Of a stretch of DNA of 64,000 nucleotides, positions 36,697 through 46,420 are shown one piece after another. The translations under genes and the position numbers were made by a program. Position 1 is the stretch's first letter; each line of letters opens with the position of its first letter. The stretch comes from an uncultured Porphyromonadaceae bacterium (GTDB taxonomy: Bacteria > Bacteroidota > Bacteroidia > Bacteroidales > Muribaculaceae). The notes under the pieces are model-generated. The model ran no database searches and was not told the DNA's origin. It was given only the letters and a program-made list of their open reading frames with translations. The DNA lies in the NCBI GenBank assembly GCA_905202215.1, contig CAJKRG010000006.1:2111-66110 (forward strand), in the 5' to 3' direction.

Positions 36697-39603
36697 TTAG
36701 TATCCGAAGATGTCTTCGGTGGTGAGGATTACGACTTTGCCGAGTTTGCGGAGTTCGTCCATGGGAAGCTCTTTGATGTCGCCGAGGATTCCGATGTTAT
36801 AGATACGGCCTTTGACATTATCTTTCTGGAACGTCTCGAGCTGGTCGAGGGTTGCTGTCGGAAGAATTTCGAAGAGTTCGCGGCGCGGGTCGTGGTCGTA
36901 ACCGAGGTCGCGGTCATCGAGATATGCGAATGCCAACTGATTGTTGACGTAACGCTCGGTGCGGCAGCGGGCGTCGAGGCCGGCCTTGGCAAGCTCGAAT
37001 GCTGCCTCGCTGCGGGGCATGTCGTTGATTATCTCATCGAAAGCGCTCATGGCATCGAGGAGTTTGTCGTTCTGAGTGGCAATAGTTGTCACATATGCAT
37101 AAGTGCGGTCTTTCTTGGATGGCTGGCTGAAACCTGCCCATGCCGAGTATGCGAGCGAGCGACTTTCGCGCATTTCCTGGAAGACGATAGAGTTCATCGA
37201 GCCTCCGAAATACTCGTTATAAAGCTGGAGCATAGGCTGCTTGGCCGGATCGAAAACTTCGCCGCGGTTCGAATAGCCCATCATATAGAGCTGTTTTGCC
37301 TCATAGGGAGCTATGTAGATCACGGTTTCGGTGGGCTGTAGGGGTTTGTATTTCTGCTCCTTGGAGGGCACGATAGGCTTTTTGGCGATGGGATGCGTGG
37401 CGTTTATGAGCTTCACGACTGCTTTCTCGGGTGCGTTGCCCCAGTAGATTGCTGTCTGTTCGTAGTTGTTGAGCTTACGGAGCGCCTCGATGAAGTCTTC
37501 GGGTTTGGCAGCTCGCATCGATTCGATGGAAGGCTGTTCGGTGGCTGGATTCTTGGCTCCGTATCGCACATAGTTCTGGAGCATGCTGAAGTTCGAGCGC
37601 TGGTTGTGTTTTGCGTCGAGACGCATTTTTTCTTGACGGTCGATATTGGCCTTCAGAGCCTCGGGCGAGAGGACTGCGTCGGCCATAACTTTCTCGAAGA
37701 GAGCCACTGCCTTGTCCATGTTTTCGCTCAGACCGGTGATGACGGCGTATGTACGTTCGCCGCCGACGCTGAAGTTGAATTTGCAGGCGAGCTTGAAGAA
37801 TTCGTTCTTCACCTCTTCAGGTGTCATGGTCGAGGTACCTACATAGTTCATGAGGTTTCCGGCCATATAAAGAGCCGGATCTGTATACCAGCCGAGGTCG
37901 TAGACGTAAATGAGCTGGAAGATGTCGTTGGTTTTGTTGGGCATGTAGAGTACTTCCATGCCGTTTTTGGCCTTGAGACGGGTGAGGTCTTTCTTATAGT
38001 CGGCGAAGACCGGGGTGATAGGCTCCACTTTGCTGTTCTGGATCTCCCTGAGGAAATCGGAACTGAGATGGCGGTTCATCTCGATTGGAGTGATTGCCGG
38101 TTTCGCTATCTTGAGCTCGTTCTTGTCCTCGCCCTTGCGCTTGTATATGGCTGCAAAATTTTCAGGACCGAGATATTTGTTGGCCATAGCCACGATGTCG
38201 GCTTTGGTCACTTTGTCGATTTTCGAGAGGTCGGCTACTTCATCGGCCCAGGGTATGCCGTTGACAAAGGCATCGACATAGTAATTGGCGCGCGAGCTGT
38301 TGTCGGTAAGACCGCTCTGGACGTCGAGTTTCATATTTGCCTTGACGGCTTCGACGAGTTCGTCGGTGAATTCGCCTTTGCGGAGCTTTTCGGCTTCGGC
38401 AAGGAAGATGGCGCGCACGTCGTCGAGGCTTTGATCGGCCTTTGGACGTCCGGTCATCACGTAAGCACCGGCATCGGCCATATCAAGAATATATGCTCCA
38501 CCGCCGAGAACGCGCTGGGGAAGAGTGATATCGAGGTCGAAGAGGCCGGTCTTGCCGTTGGCCATAACGTTATCGAGAACTTTGAGAGCCGTCATGTCTT
38601 CGTTGGCCGCTTCGGGCAGACGCCAGCAGAGAGTGATGTTTTCCGCCTCAGGACCGAAAGTCTCGACATCGACGGGTTTTGTGAATGCTTTTTCAGCCGG
38701 AAGCGACGGGCGCGGGAGGTTTTTGTTGGGTTTGAGATGACCGAAGTATTTGGTGATGACGTCGACCATATAGTCGGGATCGAAGTCACCGGAAAGGCAG
38801 ACAGCCATATTGTTGGGCACGTACCACTGTTTGTGGTAGTTCTTTACGTTGGTGATCGACGGATTCTTCAGATTTTCCTGAGTGCCGAGCACAGTCTGTG
38901 AACCGTAGGGATGGTTAGGGTAGAGTGTCGAGAGAATTGCTTCGTATACCTTTCGGTTGTCCTGAGTCAGCGACATGTTCTTCTCCTCGTAGATGGTTTC
39001 CAGCTCGGTATGGAATCCGCGGAGGATCGGGTGCTCGAAGCGGTCGGCCTGTATACGTGCCCAGTTTTCGATCTGATTGGACGGTATGTCCTCGACGTAG
39101 CATGTCACGTCGTAGCTTGTGTAGGCATTTGTTCCGTTGGCACCGATAGCGCTCATGAGTTTGTCGTACTCGTTGGGGATAGCTATTTTTGAGGCTTCGT
39201 AGCTCACGGAGTCGATCTCGCGGTAGATGCGGGCACGCTCGGTGCTGTCGGTGGTGCGGCGGTATGTCTCGAAGAGAGTTTCGATACGGTCGAGAAGCGG
39301 TTTCTCTGCGGCATAGTCGCTTGTGCCGAATTTTTCAGTGCCCTTGAACATAAGGTGTTCGAAATAGTGGGCCAGACCGGTGGTTTCGGCGGGATCATTC
39401 TTACCTCCCACACGCACTGCGATATATGTCTGAATGCGCGGCTGGTCTTTGTTGACGCTCATGAAGAGCTTCAGACCGTTTGGAAGAGTGTACATCTTGG
39501 TCTGCAGGGGGTCGCCGGGCACGGTCTCGTAATTGTACTTCGCAGCCGAAGCCATTACGGGCAGTAAGAGTGCCAGAGCGCCGAATAGACGCAATCCTTT
39601 CAT
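36697..39603 (-). CDS. secreted M16-family zinc metallopeptidase (insulinase/pitrilysin-like, two-lobe)
   Basis: Signal peptide and the inverted zinc-binding motif HYFEHLMFKGTEKFG (HxxEH). Length 968 aa, consistent with a double M16 active/inactive domain architecture. Confidence 0.75.
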   Translation of the reverse strand: MKGLRLFGALALLLPVMASAAKYNYETVPGDPLQTKMYTLPNGLKLFMSVNKDQPRIQTYIAVRVGGKNDPAETTGLAHYFEHLMFKGTEKFGTSDYAAEKPLLDRIETLFETYRRTTDSTERARIYREIDSVSYEASKIAIPNEYDKLMSAIGANGTNAYTSYDVTCYVEDIPSNQIENWARIQADRFEHPILRGFHTELETIYEEKNMSLTQDNRKVYEAILSTLYPNHPYGSQTVLGTQENLKNPSITNVKNYHKQWYVPNNMAVCLSGDFDPDYMVDVITKYFGHLKPNKNLPRPSLPAEKAFTKPVDVETFGPEAENITLCWRLPEAANEDMTALKVLDNVMANGKTGLFDLDITLPQRVLGGGAYILDMADAGAYVMTGRPKADQSLDDVRAIFLAEAEKLRKGEFTDELVEAVKANMKLDVQSGLTDNSSRANYYVDAFVNGIPWADEVADLSKIDKVTKADIVAMANKYLGPENFAAIYKRKGEDKNELKIAKPAITPIEMNRHLSSDFLREIQNSKVEPITPVFADYKKDLTRLKAKNGMEVLYMPNKTNDIFQLIYVYDLGWYTDPALYMAGNLMNYVGTSTMTPEEVKNEFFKLACKFNFSVGGERTYAVITGLSENMDKAVALFEKVMADAVLSPEALKANIDRQEKMRLDAKHNQRSNFSMLQNYVRYGAKNPATEQPSIESMRAAKPEDFIEALRKLNNYEQTAIYWGNAPEKAVVKLINATHPIAKKPIVPSKEQKYKPLQPTETVIYIAPYEAKQLYMMGYSNRGEVFDPAKQPMLQLYNEYFGGSMNSIVFQEMRESRSLAYSAWAGFSQPSKKDRTYAYVTTIATQNDKLLDAMSAFDEIINDMPRSEAAFELAKAGLDARCRTERYVNNQLAFAYLDDRDLGYDHDPRRELFEILPTATLDQLETFQKDNVKGRIYNIGILGDIKELPMDELRKLGKVVILTTEDIFGY

Positions 39604-39616
39604 AAGTCGTAAAGTT

Positions 39617-41362
39617 TTAATTGGTTAATTTTACAGGAGTTTTGGATGCGGATTTGGTTTTGATTGTTTTTTCGGTTCCGAGAGAGCGGTCGGCATTGCG
39701 CATCAGCTCTTCCATTGCCGGCGGTACTATGAATATGTCGTAGCGGTCAGCTGGCCGCATTCCGTCGAACCATTTGAATTTAGGCAGGTAGTAGTTGCTC
39801 TTCTTTGCAAGGAAAAGAGGTGTCGCGGCGCCTGTTGTCTCTGGCCACATTTTGATCATCTCAGTGGTCTGACCCCGGAAAAGAGCCGTCAGAAAGCTGC
39901 TCTGGGCATTGACCATTTTGTTGATCGTACTGTCGGATTCTTCGGGATACATTATGATCTCGACGTTACCGTCGATGTCAAGCCTTCGCATCTCTCCGTT
40001 TTCGAAAGAAGCCACCATCTTTTTTCCGCTAAGCTGATTGTAGTGGTCGCCTTCGATATGCTGGGCTGTGAAGCCCTGGTCGGGCAATGTTGCCGTTTCT
40101 ATGGTCGAGTCGTTGAGATGCAGCTCTATGATATTTCCAAAAATCTGACGGTCTTCGCTCCATACAATCGGGCTTACGAACATGCGTAGCATGGTGTCGG
40201 CTTCGGTAAAGCGCATGGAATCGCATATGCCCTGCATGTCGGAGCGGAAGAAACGCACTCTTGGATAGGCGACAGCCACATGGGTTGTGTCGAAGCGTGT
40301 GAATTCAGGCGTGCCTTTGACGGTATCGGCCTGTATCAGTGTTGTATCTATTTTACGGAATGTCTGCAGATAGCGGGCGTGCAGGAAAAGGGTATCGGGT
40401 TCGCCGAAATGCCGCATTTCGGCATGCCCGGTGACAAAGGAGCTGTCCGTAAGCTCGTTGTAGTAGCCGTAGTCTCCATAGATAGCCGCTTTGTGTGCCG
40501 AATCAGTCGCTTCCATCGACCCGAAGGCTTCGCCGAAACCGCGGTTGCGGTCGTAGAAGATTGTATCGGCGGTGAGCGTCTGGCCCTGTGAGGTCACTAT
40601 TGTGGAGCGGTCGTAGAGCGTCGTGCGGTTGCTGTCGGTGTCGTATATGCCGAGCGAGGTAAAGATCGTGCCGCGGTCGTTGACGACAGTCGAGGGAGAG
40701 TGAAGTTCGGCGATATGGGTTCCGGTATTGTAATATAATGTATCGGAGTAGATATTGAGAGTATCGGAGCTGTTCCGTGAGAACAGATGGACGTCGGTGT
40801 AGAAGTTAGCTTCCTTTGTCGACGGCACATATTCTCCTTTGAGAGAGGTGAGAGTATTGCTTGGATCGGTAAGGGTGCCTCCGACTTCATAGTAACCGAG
40901 ATCGATTCCGAGATCATAGATGAAGATATCGGTCTCGAGCATTACGTCGCGGTTGATGAGCTGCACTTTCTTGCCGGGATCGGCATAGAGTGTGGCGATT
41001 TCCGCCACGCCATCGAAGTTGAGTTCGTCGGCATATACGAACAAGGTATCGCCCTGCTCCATGCTTACGTTTCCGAATGCATCCATCGATTCGGTTTCGG
41101 CGAAATAGTGGGCGCTGTCGCAACGCATGGTCATCGGGCCTTTGGTGAAAATCACGTCGCCTACGAGTACCATAAACGAATCGCTTTCGTTTTTTTTCAG
41201 AATGTCGGCGTGCTCGAGAAACACGCGGTTACCCGCTGAGCGGTCGGCTGTAGGTACTGTCGGACGGATTTCAGGCCGTTGTTTCTGAGGTGCGGCAAGA
41301 AGCATCAGCGCAGGCAGAGCGAGCGCCGATACCAAAGCGAAAAACGACTTGCGTCCGAGCAT
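39617..41362 (-). CDS. periplasmic OstA-like (LptD N-terminal-domain-like) protein
   Basis: Signal peptide, then a beta-jellyroll OstA-like N-terminal region (VFLEHADILKKNE...VGDVIFTKGPMTMRCDSAHYF...). No C-terminal beta-barrel. It is adjacent to a SurA-like PPIase. Confidence 0.5.
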   Translation of the reverse strand: MLGRKSFFALVSALALPALMLLAAPQKQRPEIRPTVPTADRSAGNRVFLEHADILKKNESDSFMVLVGDVIFTKGPMTMRCDSAHYFAETESMDAFGNVSMEQGDTLFVYADELNFDGVAEIATLYADPGKKVQLINRDVMLETDIFIYDLGIDLGYYEVGGTLTDPSNTLTSLKGEYVPSTKEANFYTDVHLFSRNSSDTLNIYSDTLYYNTGTHIAELHSPSTVVNDRGTIFTSLGIYDTDSNRTTLYDRSTIVTSQGQTLTADTIFYDRNRGFGEAFGSMEATDSAHKAAIYGDYGYYNELTDSSFVTGHAEMRHFGEPDTLFLHARYLQTFRKIDTTLIQADTVKGTPEFTRFDTTHVAVAYPRVRFFRSDMQGICDSMRFTEADTMLRMFVSPIVWSEDRQIFGNIIELHLNDSTIETATLPDQGFTAQHIEGDHYNQLSGKKMVASFENGEMRRLDIDGNVEIIMYPEESDSTINKMVNAQSSFLTALFRGQTTEMIKMWPETTGAATPLFLAKKSNYYLPKFKWFDGMRPADRYDIFIVPPAMEELMRNADRSLGTEKTIKTKSASKTPVKLTN

Positions 41363-41365
41363 TTA

Positions 41366-41443
41366 AGTGAATTATGGATTATGAATTGAATAATGAATGA
41401 CGAACTGACGAATCTGTCAATTCATCATTCATAATTCTTAATT
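41366..41443. repeat. AT-rich inverted-repeat element (MITE/REP-like), copy 2
   Basis: Left arm GAATTATGGATTATGAATTGAATAATGAATGA and right arm TCATTCATAATTCTTAATT. The arms share the terminal motif AATTAAGAATTATG(G/A)AT with the element at 9395-9510. It lies between two co-directional minus-strand genes and its end overlaps the PPIase stop codon. Confidence 0.55.
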
Positions 41444-42803
41444 AGTTGGACATCCAGCCTTTGTGCTTGAAGTCGCAGCCACGCCATCCTTCTTCGATGC
41501 GGACGTAGGTGTCTTTGATCTTGTTTTCAAGCCATTTGTTGATTATCTCTTCTCGCTGGGCATTCTCATACATGTCTTTGATTGTCTGATAATCGTCGGC
41601 GAGGTTTGCCTGATGTGAATCGAGGCGGGATGTAAGTTTAACCATTGCCACAATTTCGCGGTCGCGCTTGGGATCGCGCATGATGAAGGGTTGTGAAATG
41701 TCGCCGGGCTGCATGGTGCTGACTGCTTTGGCGATTTCCTGCGGAAGTTCCGACATCTGGAAGCGGGTGGTGCCGTTTTCGGCATTCACCATCACGCCGT
41801 TACTGAAACGGGTGTCCTTGTCCTGAGAAATGAGGCGTACGGCGTCTTCGAATTTGAGAAGGTTTCGGTCGACTATATCAACGCGTACACTGTCAAGACG
41901 AGTAAGGGCTTCGGTGAGGTCTTTTTCAGCTACTTTGGGCCGGAGAAGAATATGACGGGCGTTGATTCGGTCGCCACGTTTCTCGATCAGCTGTATTATA
42001 TGGAAACCATATTCTGTCTCTACGATTTTCGATACTTTCTTGGGGTCGTTGAGGTTAAAAGCTACCGCAGCGAACTCGGGCACAAGCTGGCCGCGACCCA
42101 TGAAGCCCATTTCTCCGCCTCGGCGCGCACTGCCCGGATCTTCGGAATAAAGGATGGCGAGAGTCGAAAACTCGCTTTCGCCGCGGGTGACGCGGTCGGC
42201 ATAGTCGCGCAGTCGTGCCTTTACATCGTCAATTTCCTGACGTGGGATCTGCGGGTTAAGGGTCAGAAGTTGCACTTCTACCTGCAAGGGGATAAATGGT
42301 ACACTGTCGGCAGGCAATTTATCGAAATAGCGACGTACATCGCCCGGAGTAACCTTGATATCCTCGGTAAGTTTACTGCGTACCTGCTGTATTCTCGAAC
42401 GGTTGCGGAGATTTTCGGCGTAATATTCGCGGATATCCGGGAACGGTTTGCGGAAATATTGCTCTACCTTTTCGCGTGAGCCGAGGTTGTTGATGAGATA
42501 GTTCATCTGCTGGTCGAGCTGTATCTGTACCATAGATTCCTGTACTTCGATGGTGTCGAGGTCGGCCTGATGAAGAAAAAGGCGTTCTATGGCAATCTGT
42601 TCGGGGATAATACAGTACGGGTCGCCGGCTACGGGCACACGTTCACTCTGCATTTCCTGATACATGCGTTCGATTTCCGATTTATAGATTGGTTGGTCGC
42701 CTATCATCCAGGCCACTTCCTCGATTACGTTTCCCGGAGTTGCGGCCCAGAGACCGATAGCACTCAGAAGAGCGGCAATAGGCAGTAAATTCTTTATTTT
42801 CAT
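41442..42803 (-). CDS. peptidyl-prolyl cis-trans isomerase (SurA/PpiC-type periplasmic chaperone)
   Basis: Signal peptide, SurA-like N-terminal chaperone region, and a parvulin domain (KIVETEYGFHIIQLIEKRG). The likely start is MKIKNLL at 42801-42803. Confidence 0.75.
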   Translation of the reverse strand: MKIKNLLPIAALLSAIGLWAATPGNVIEEVAWMIGDQPIYKSEIERMYQEMQSERVPVAGDPYCIIPEQIAIERLFLHQADLDTIEVQESMVQIQLDQQMNYLINNLGSREKVEQYFRKPFPDIREYYAENLRNRSRIQQVRSKLTEDIKVTPGDVRRYFDKLPADSVPFIPLQVEVQLLTLNPQIPRQEIDDVKARLRDYADRVTRGESEFSTLAILYSEDPGSARRGGEMGFMGRGQLVPEFAAVAFNLNDPKKVSKIVETEYGFHIIQLIEKRGDRINARHILLRPKVAEKDLTEALTRLDSVRVDIVDRNLLKFEDAVRLISQDKDTRFSNGVMVNAENGTTRFQMSELPQEIAKAVSTMQPGDISQPFIMRDPKRDREIVAMVKLTSRLDSHQANLADDYQTIKDMYENAQREEIINKWLENKIKDTYVRIEEGWRGCDFKHKGWMSN

Positions 42804-42966
42804 AATGTGTATATTCGATCGATTCTGCAAAGTTAATCTTTTTTTCGCGCTCAGCACAACTGTTAAATCTTTTTATGAAAAATATCGGGTTAAAGCAAGT
42901 CGTCTGAACCCAGGCTTGCCGTGAATTGTTTCTTTATTGCATTTAATGAACTAACACTACTGAAAT

Positions 42967-43377
42967 ATGGAATCAACACATCAGAAAGCGGCTCAGGCAG
43001 CCGCCGAAGTTTCTGCAGCCGCAGCCCGGATTTCGGCTGATGCAGCAAAAGTAGCCGTCGGACAGCAGGCCGAGGCTGTTAAAGAAGGAGCTGTCGATCA
43101 GGCCGCGCAGCTTAAGGAAAAGGCAGCCCAGGTAGCTCAGAATGTCAAGGACAAGGCTGCCGGCGCGGTCAGCAATGCCAAGGAAGGGCTGTCGCAGGCT
43201 GCCGCCGCGGCTCAGGACGCGCTCGAGAGACAGAAATCCGATCCGGATTCGGCTCTTAACCAGACAAAAGAGGCTGCCGGAAGCATTGTCGACAAAGTGA
43301 AAGGTGCAGCAGCCTCGGCTATGGAAAAAGGAGCTGATATGCTCGACGGGCTTGCCGACAAACTCCGTGGCGAATAG
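42967..43377 (+). CDS. alanine/lysine-rich hydrophilic protein (LEA/YtxH-like amphipathic-helix protein)
   Basis: 136 aa, ~35% Ala with periodic K/E/Q (AAQVAQNVKDKAAGAVSNAKEGLSQAAAAAQDA...). No TM segment. Followed by a hairpin terminator at 43400-43429. Confidence 0.5.
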   Translation: MESTHQKAAQAAAEVSAAAARISADAAKVAVGQQAEAVKEGAVDQAAQLKEKAAQVAQNVKDKAAGAVSNAKEGLSQAAAAAQDALERQKSDPDSALNQTKEAAGSIVDKVKGAAASAMEKGADMLDGLADKLRGE

Positions 43378-43505
43378 TGGTTATTGAAAAATTATGATAG
43401 AAGAAGGTGCGGCGACGTACCTTCTTTTGTGATATGTCTGTTTGCCTGAATGAGGACTGAACCTTGGACGATAATCATGTGTTTCAATAAGAAAAACAAA
43501 CAGTT

Positions 43506-44162
43506 ATGCTCAGACGTCTTTCTTTCCTTACGGCCTTTATAGTGGCGGCAGTCTGTGCGCATGCGCAGTATTATGAGCTTGCGAATCAGCTTACAAACCT
43601 TATATCGCCGGCGCTCAGCGGCTCGGCGAGCTATCGTGGATATGTAGATCTTACCGGCACCGCCGGCTTTGGCGACAACAGAGCCAATTTTGTCGGTATC
43701 TCCACATCGCAGGGCTTCCAGTATGCACCATGGTTCTTTATGGGCGCCGGTCTCGGTATCGATGTGGCTATGGCGCGGGGTGAGGATGCCGTGTATGATA
43801 CTCCCGGATATTATGGCGGCAACACAACACGGACACAAGCCATGTTACCTGTGTTCTCCGACTTCCGCTTCAATATAGGAGCCCAGAAAACCGCCTCTTT
43901 TTTCATTGATCTCAAGATCGGCGCCGCATGGTTTCTCGGCGGCAAATATCTTGAAATGACCGATTTCACGATGGGTCACGGTGCCCAGTTCTTTCTACGG
44001 CCAACTATAGGTCTGCGGATTCCCGTGAGTTCGGCCAATCAGAAACAGGCTGTCAACATAGGCGTTACATATCAGTTGCTTACCTCCAACAACAATTACC
44101 GTCGCAATGGAGCCTCAGGAACTTTAAATGCCTTTGGAGCGACGATCGGGTTCGAGTGGTAG
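43506..44162 (+). CDS. outer-membrane beta-barrel protein (OmpA-like / opacity-family porin)
   Basis: Signal peptide [21 protein letters not shown], alternating amphipathic beta-strands, and a C-terminal aromatic residue (…IGFEW) typical of OMP barrels. Confidence 0.6.
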   Translation: MLRRLSFLTAFIVAAVCAHAQYYELANQLTNLISPALSGSASYRGYVDLTGTAGFGDNRANFVGISTSQGFQYAPWFFMGAGLGIDVAMARGEDAVYDTPGYYGGNTTRTQAMLPVFSDFRFNIGAQKTASFFIDLKIGAAWFLGGKYLEMTDFTMGHGAQFFLRPTIGLRIPVSSANQKQAVNIGVTYQLLTSNNNYRRNGASGTLNAFGATIGFEW

Positions 44163-45128
44163 CGAATGCAGCTTTGTAAAGGCCAGAATCTCGTCGATAT
44201 AGCCGAATGCAATGCAGACGCTGGTATCGGCGGCGCCATAATATACGGCCACCCGAGAGCCATCTGTAACTGCGGCGCAGGGGAATACCACATTCGGAAC
44301 ATCGCCGGCCAGCTCATAAGGTGCCGCTGGAGCCAACAGGTAGTCGCGGGTGCGGTATAATACTCTTGCCGGATTGTCTTTGTCGAGAATGGCGGCACCA
44401 AGAGAATAGCGGTAGCCGTTGCAGGTACGTATTACTCCGTGATAGAACATCAGCCAACCTTCTTCGGTGAGAAACGGCACCGAGCCGGCTCCGATCTTTA
44501 GACATTGCCATGCGCTTTCCTCGAAGGGTGTCACTTTCATTACGCAACGGTGCTCACCCCAGTATTTCATGTCGGGGCTGTAGCTGATGAATATGTCGCC
44601 GAAGGGCGTATGTCCGTTGTCGCTCGGCCGGCTTAGCATGGCATAGCGTCCGTCTATTTTATCGGGGAACAGGACGCCGTTACGGTTAAAGGGCAGAAAG
44701 GCGTTCTCGCACTGAAAAAATTCTTTGAAATCGAATGTATAACCGATGCCTATGGTCGGCCCGTTGTAGCCGTTACACCATGTGATCCAGTAGCGGTCTT
44801 CGATCCATGCCACACGCGGATCATATTTGTAGTCGGAGTCTATCATGTCGGTGTTACCGGGCCGGAAACGAATCGGTTCGTGTTCGATTTCCCAATTAAT
44901 GCCGTCTTTGCTGAAACCGGCAAAGATATTCATCTGCACAGCTCTGTTGTCGCAGCGGAAGACGCCGGCAAAACCATTGCCGAACGGAACGACCGCGCTG
45001 TTGAATATGCTGTTGGACGTCGGGATTGCATAACGGTCGATTATTGGATTGCGGGAATAACGCCACAGGGCGTCTGTGCAGCCTTCGGGTCGTTCTTCCC
45101 AGGGCATGTTAGTGATATCGGGTTTCAT
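44124..45128 (-). CDS. GH130-family glycoside phosphorylase (beta-1,4-mannoside phosphorylase-like)
   Basis: Five-bladed propeller GH130 signature regions ([24 protein letters not shown]..., [27 protein letters not shown]). Length 334 aa, intracellular. Confidence 0.7.
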   Translation of the reverse strand: MKPDITNMPWEERPEGCTDALWRYSRNPIIDRYAIPTSNSIFNSAVVPFGNGFAGVFRCDNRAVQMNIFAGFSKDGINWEIEHEPIRFRPGNTDMIDSDYKYDPRVAWIEDRYWITWCNGYNGPTIGIGYTFDFKEFFQCENAFLPFNRNGVLFPDKIDGRYAMLSRPSDNGHTPFGDIFISYSPDMKYWGEHRCVMKVTPFEESAWQCLKIGAGSVPFLTEEGWLMFYHGVIRTCNGYRYSLGAAILDKDNPARVLYRTRDYLLAPAAPYELAGDVPNVVFPCAAVTDGSRVAVYYGAADTSVCIAFGYIDEILAFTKLHSLPLEPDRRSKGI

Positions 45129-46420
45129 TGTTTTTCTGTTGTATGAGTGAATGGTATTTTTGCCGCTATAATGAAAGCCGGCAGCGACATGGCCAGTGCC
45201 AGCAGGAAAAACGACTCATAGCCAAGTGTACGACATATATAGCCGCTGACCATACCCGGCAGCATGAAACCCAGATTCATGATGCCGCTTGCGAAAGCAT
45301 AGTGCGCCATAGGATGTCGACCTGCTGCGACCTGCTGCATCATAAACAAAGTCAACCCGACGAAACCGAAGCCATAGCAGAAATACTCGGTGACAAGTGC
45401 TGCCGCGACAATCATGAGACTTTCGGGTCGAAAATATGCCAACAGGTAATATATGACAAAAGGAATGTTGAAAATACTTACCAGGGGAATCAAAACTTTT
45501 TTCAGGCCGAAATGTGCGGTGAAATATCCTCCAAGCACAGACCCGGCTATGAAGGCTACCGTTCCCATCGTGCCGTAGGTAAGTCCGATGTCCTCATTTG
45601 ATAATCCGAGTCCGCCGGCAGCGGCCGGCGCTTTAAGAAATAAAGGCACCATTTTGACGGCAAAACCTTCGGTAAGGCGATAACATATTATGAAAAGTAT
45701 ATACAGCCAGATATGTTTTTTTGTAAAAAAGTCTTTGAATACATCGCATAGCGATGACATTGCATCTCGGAGAGTGGCCGGAGTCTCTTGATTCGTGGAA
45801 CCTGTCGGAAGAAAAAAACAATGGTATATCTGGACTGCGATTAGGATGCCGGCCATAAGCCCCATGATTATCATCCATGCATAGATTGCCGCCATGTCGG
45901 GGGCTGTCTTTCCGAAATGTCTCATGAGGCGCCCTGCAAGATAGATGAGACCGCCGTTGACGAGCACTTTTGCAAGATTGTAGAATGCTCCCTGCCAGCC
46001 GATATAGCGGGCCTGTGTTGTTTTGTCGAGAGAGGTGAGATAAATGCCGTCGGTGGCTATGTCGTTGGTGGCTCCGCAGAAAGCTATGACACCCATAAGT
46101 GTTATCGTATAGGCGAAAAAGTCGGGCAGCGGAAGTGAGAATGCGATAAAACCGAAGCAGATACCCGAGAGGAGCTGACATGTGAGTACAAACGTCTTTT
46201 TCGTGAAATACAGTTCCAAAAGAGGGCTCCACAGCGGTTTAAGGGTGTAAGGTAAAATGAGAAGGGATGTCCAGAAAGTAATGCTCGCTTCGTCGATTCC
46301 GAGGTCGGCAAGCATTATGACTGCGGCCAGTGAGATGGCCACAAAAGGAAGCCCCATGGCGAAGTATGCCGTGGGGATCCACGCGACGGGTGATATCCGT
46401 TTATGGACGGTCATCCTCAT
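45125..46420 (-). CDS. MFS/GPH-family sugar:cation symporter
   Basis: 12-TM permease sandwiched between the GH130 and GH92 genes with overlaps, consistent with manno-oligosaccharide uptake modules in Bacteroides. Confidence 0.65.
   Translation of the reverse strand: MRMTVHKRISPVAWIPTAYFAMGLPFVAISLAAVIMLADLGIDEASITFWTSLLILPYTLKPLWSPLLELYFTKKTFVLTCQLLSGICFGFIAFSLPLPDFFAYTITLMGVIAFCGATNDIATDGIYLTSLDKTTQARYIGWQGAFYNLAKVLVNGGLIYLAGRLMRHFGKTAPDMAAIYAWMIIMGLMAGILIAVQIYHCFFLPTGSTNQETPATLRDAMSSLCDVFKDFFTKKHIWLYILFIICYRLTEGFAVKMVPLFLKAPAAAGGLGLSNEDIGLTYGTMGTVAFIAGSVLGGYFTAHFGLKKVLIPLVSIFNIPFVIYYLLAYFRPESLMIVAAALVTEYFCYGFGFVGLTLFMMQQVAAGRHPMAHYAFASGIMNLGFMLPGMVSGYICRTLGYESFFLLALAMSLPAFIIAAKIPFTHTTEKQ

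Noticed and set aside
37393-38901. 502-aa plus-strand ORF
   Set aside because: Antisense to the M16 peptidase gene, which carries the HxxEH motif. It has no features of its own.
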